This document shows, in pieces, positions 49,077 to 49,105 of a stretch of DNA of 49,105 bases (position 1 is the stretch's first letter; the number at the start of each line of letters is the position of its first letter). A program made the translations under genes and the position numbers. The notes under the pieces are model-generated. The model saw only the letters and a program-made list of their open reading frames with translations, did not search any database and was not told the DNA's origin. The stretch comes from a virus (Duplodnaviria; Heunggongvirae; Uroviricota; Caudoviricetes), in IMG/VR virus record IMGVR_UViG_3300003323_000621, positions 72,153-121,257 of that record. The stretch is one strand, 5' to 3'.

Positions 49077-49105
49077 ATTCCCTACCTGTATATCTCTACT
49101 ACAGA

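Larger units (their letters stand above)
1..49105. other. Segment of a crAss-like (Crassvirales) lytic phage genome: late/virion module (+) converging on an early/middle module (-)
   Basis: Gene order is ring, IHF-like, ring, muzzle, giant cargo proteins with a DFDxD RNA polymerase. The cargo protein has an IHIKPENRGKF...RKRAIFAQNAKKW motif that I recognise from crAss-like virion proteins. Bacteroidota-type promoters are present. No integrase or host housekeeping genes are seen. Confidence 0.9.

Noticed and set aside
1-49105. Stop-codon reassignment (TAG to Gln or TGA to Trp), known in some crAss-like phages
   Set aside because: Genes up to 12.7 kb are open in the standard code, and coding density is near complete. 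TAG ends the ORFs at 43339 and 47765, and TGA ends the ORF at 46129. The dominance of TAA is expected at this AT content.
1-49105. tRNA, rRNA or CRISPR arrays
   Set aside because: Intergenic gaps are at most about 165 nt, and none shows a cloverleaf with T-loop consensus or regularly spaced direct repeats.

Overview
This window is a very AT-rich (roughly 28% GC by eye, not computed), gene-dense segment of a lytic crAss-like phage (order Crassvirales) that probably infects a Bacteroidota host. Host evidence: TTG-N20-TAnnTTTG promoters and A/T-rich translation starts without Shine-Dalgarno sequences. The + strand (1-43266) is the late/virion module. In order it encodes a 5'-truncated metallophosphoesterase, two ring/tail-tube-like proteins flanking a hypothetical gene and an HU/IHF-like gene, and a 1689-aa tail stabilisation (muzzle) protein. 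Four large putative ejected cargo proteins follow (1728, 889, 4255 and 1485 aa); the 4255-aa one carries a virion RNA polymerase (RIP...GADFDVD). After them come tail-fibre-like genes with an alpha/beta hydrolase embedded among them, a holin/spanin-like membrane cluster and a Dps/ferritin-like gene. A bidirectional hairpin terminator near 43300 separates this from a convergent - strand block of small genes, including an AAA+ ATPase, a dUTPase and tandem paralogs. The standard genetic code fits throughout. The most striking observations are: (1) near-total absence of the CpG dinucleotide; (2) a 75-aa stand-alone GGQ protein resembling the catalytic domain of class I release factors; (3) a cargo protein built from modules delimited by about 11 x-[A/D]-x-G(G) motifs, containing a zincin and an M15 peptidoglycan peptidase; (4) a single polypeptide joining membrane-channel-like, zincin and RNAP regions; (5) an esterase-like enzyme inside the tail-fibre cluster. 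All family assignments come from motif recognition and synteny, not from database searches.
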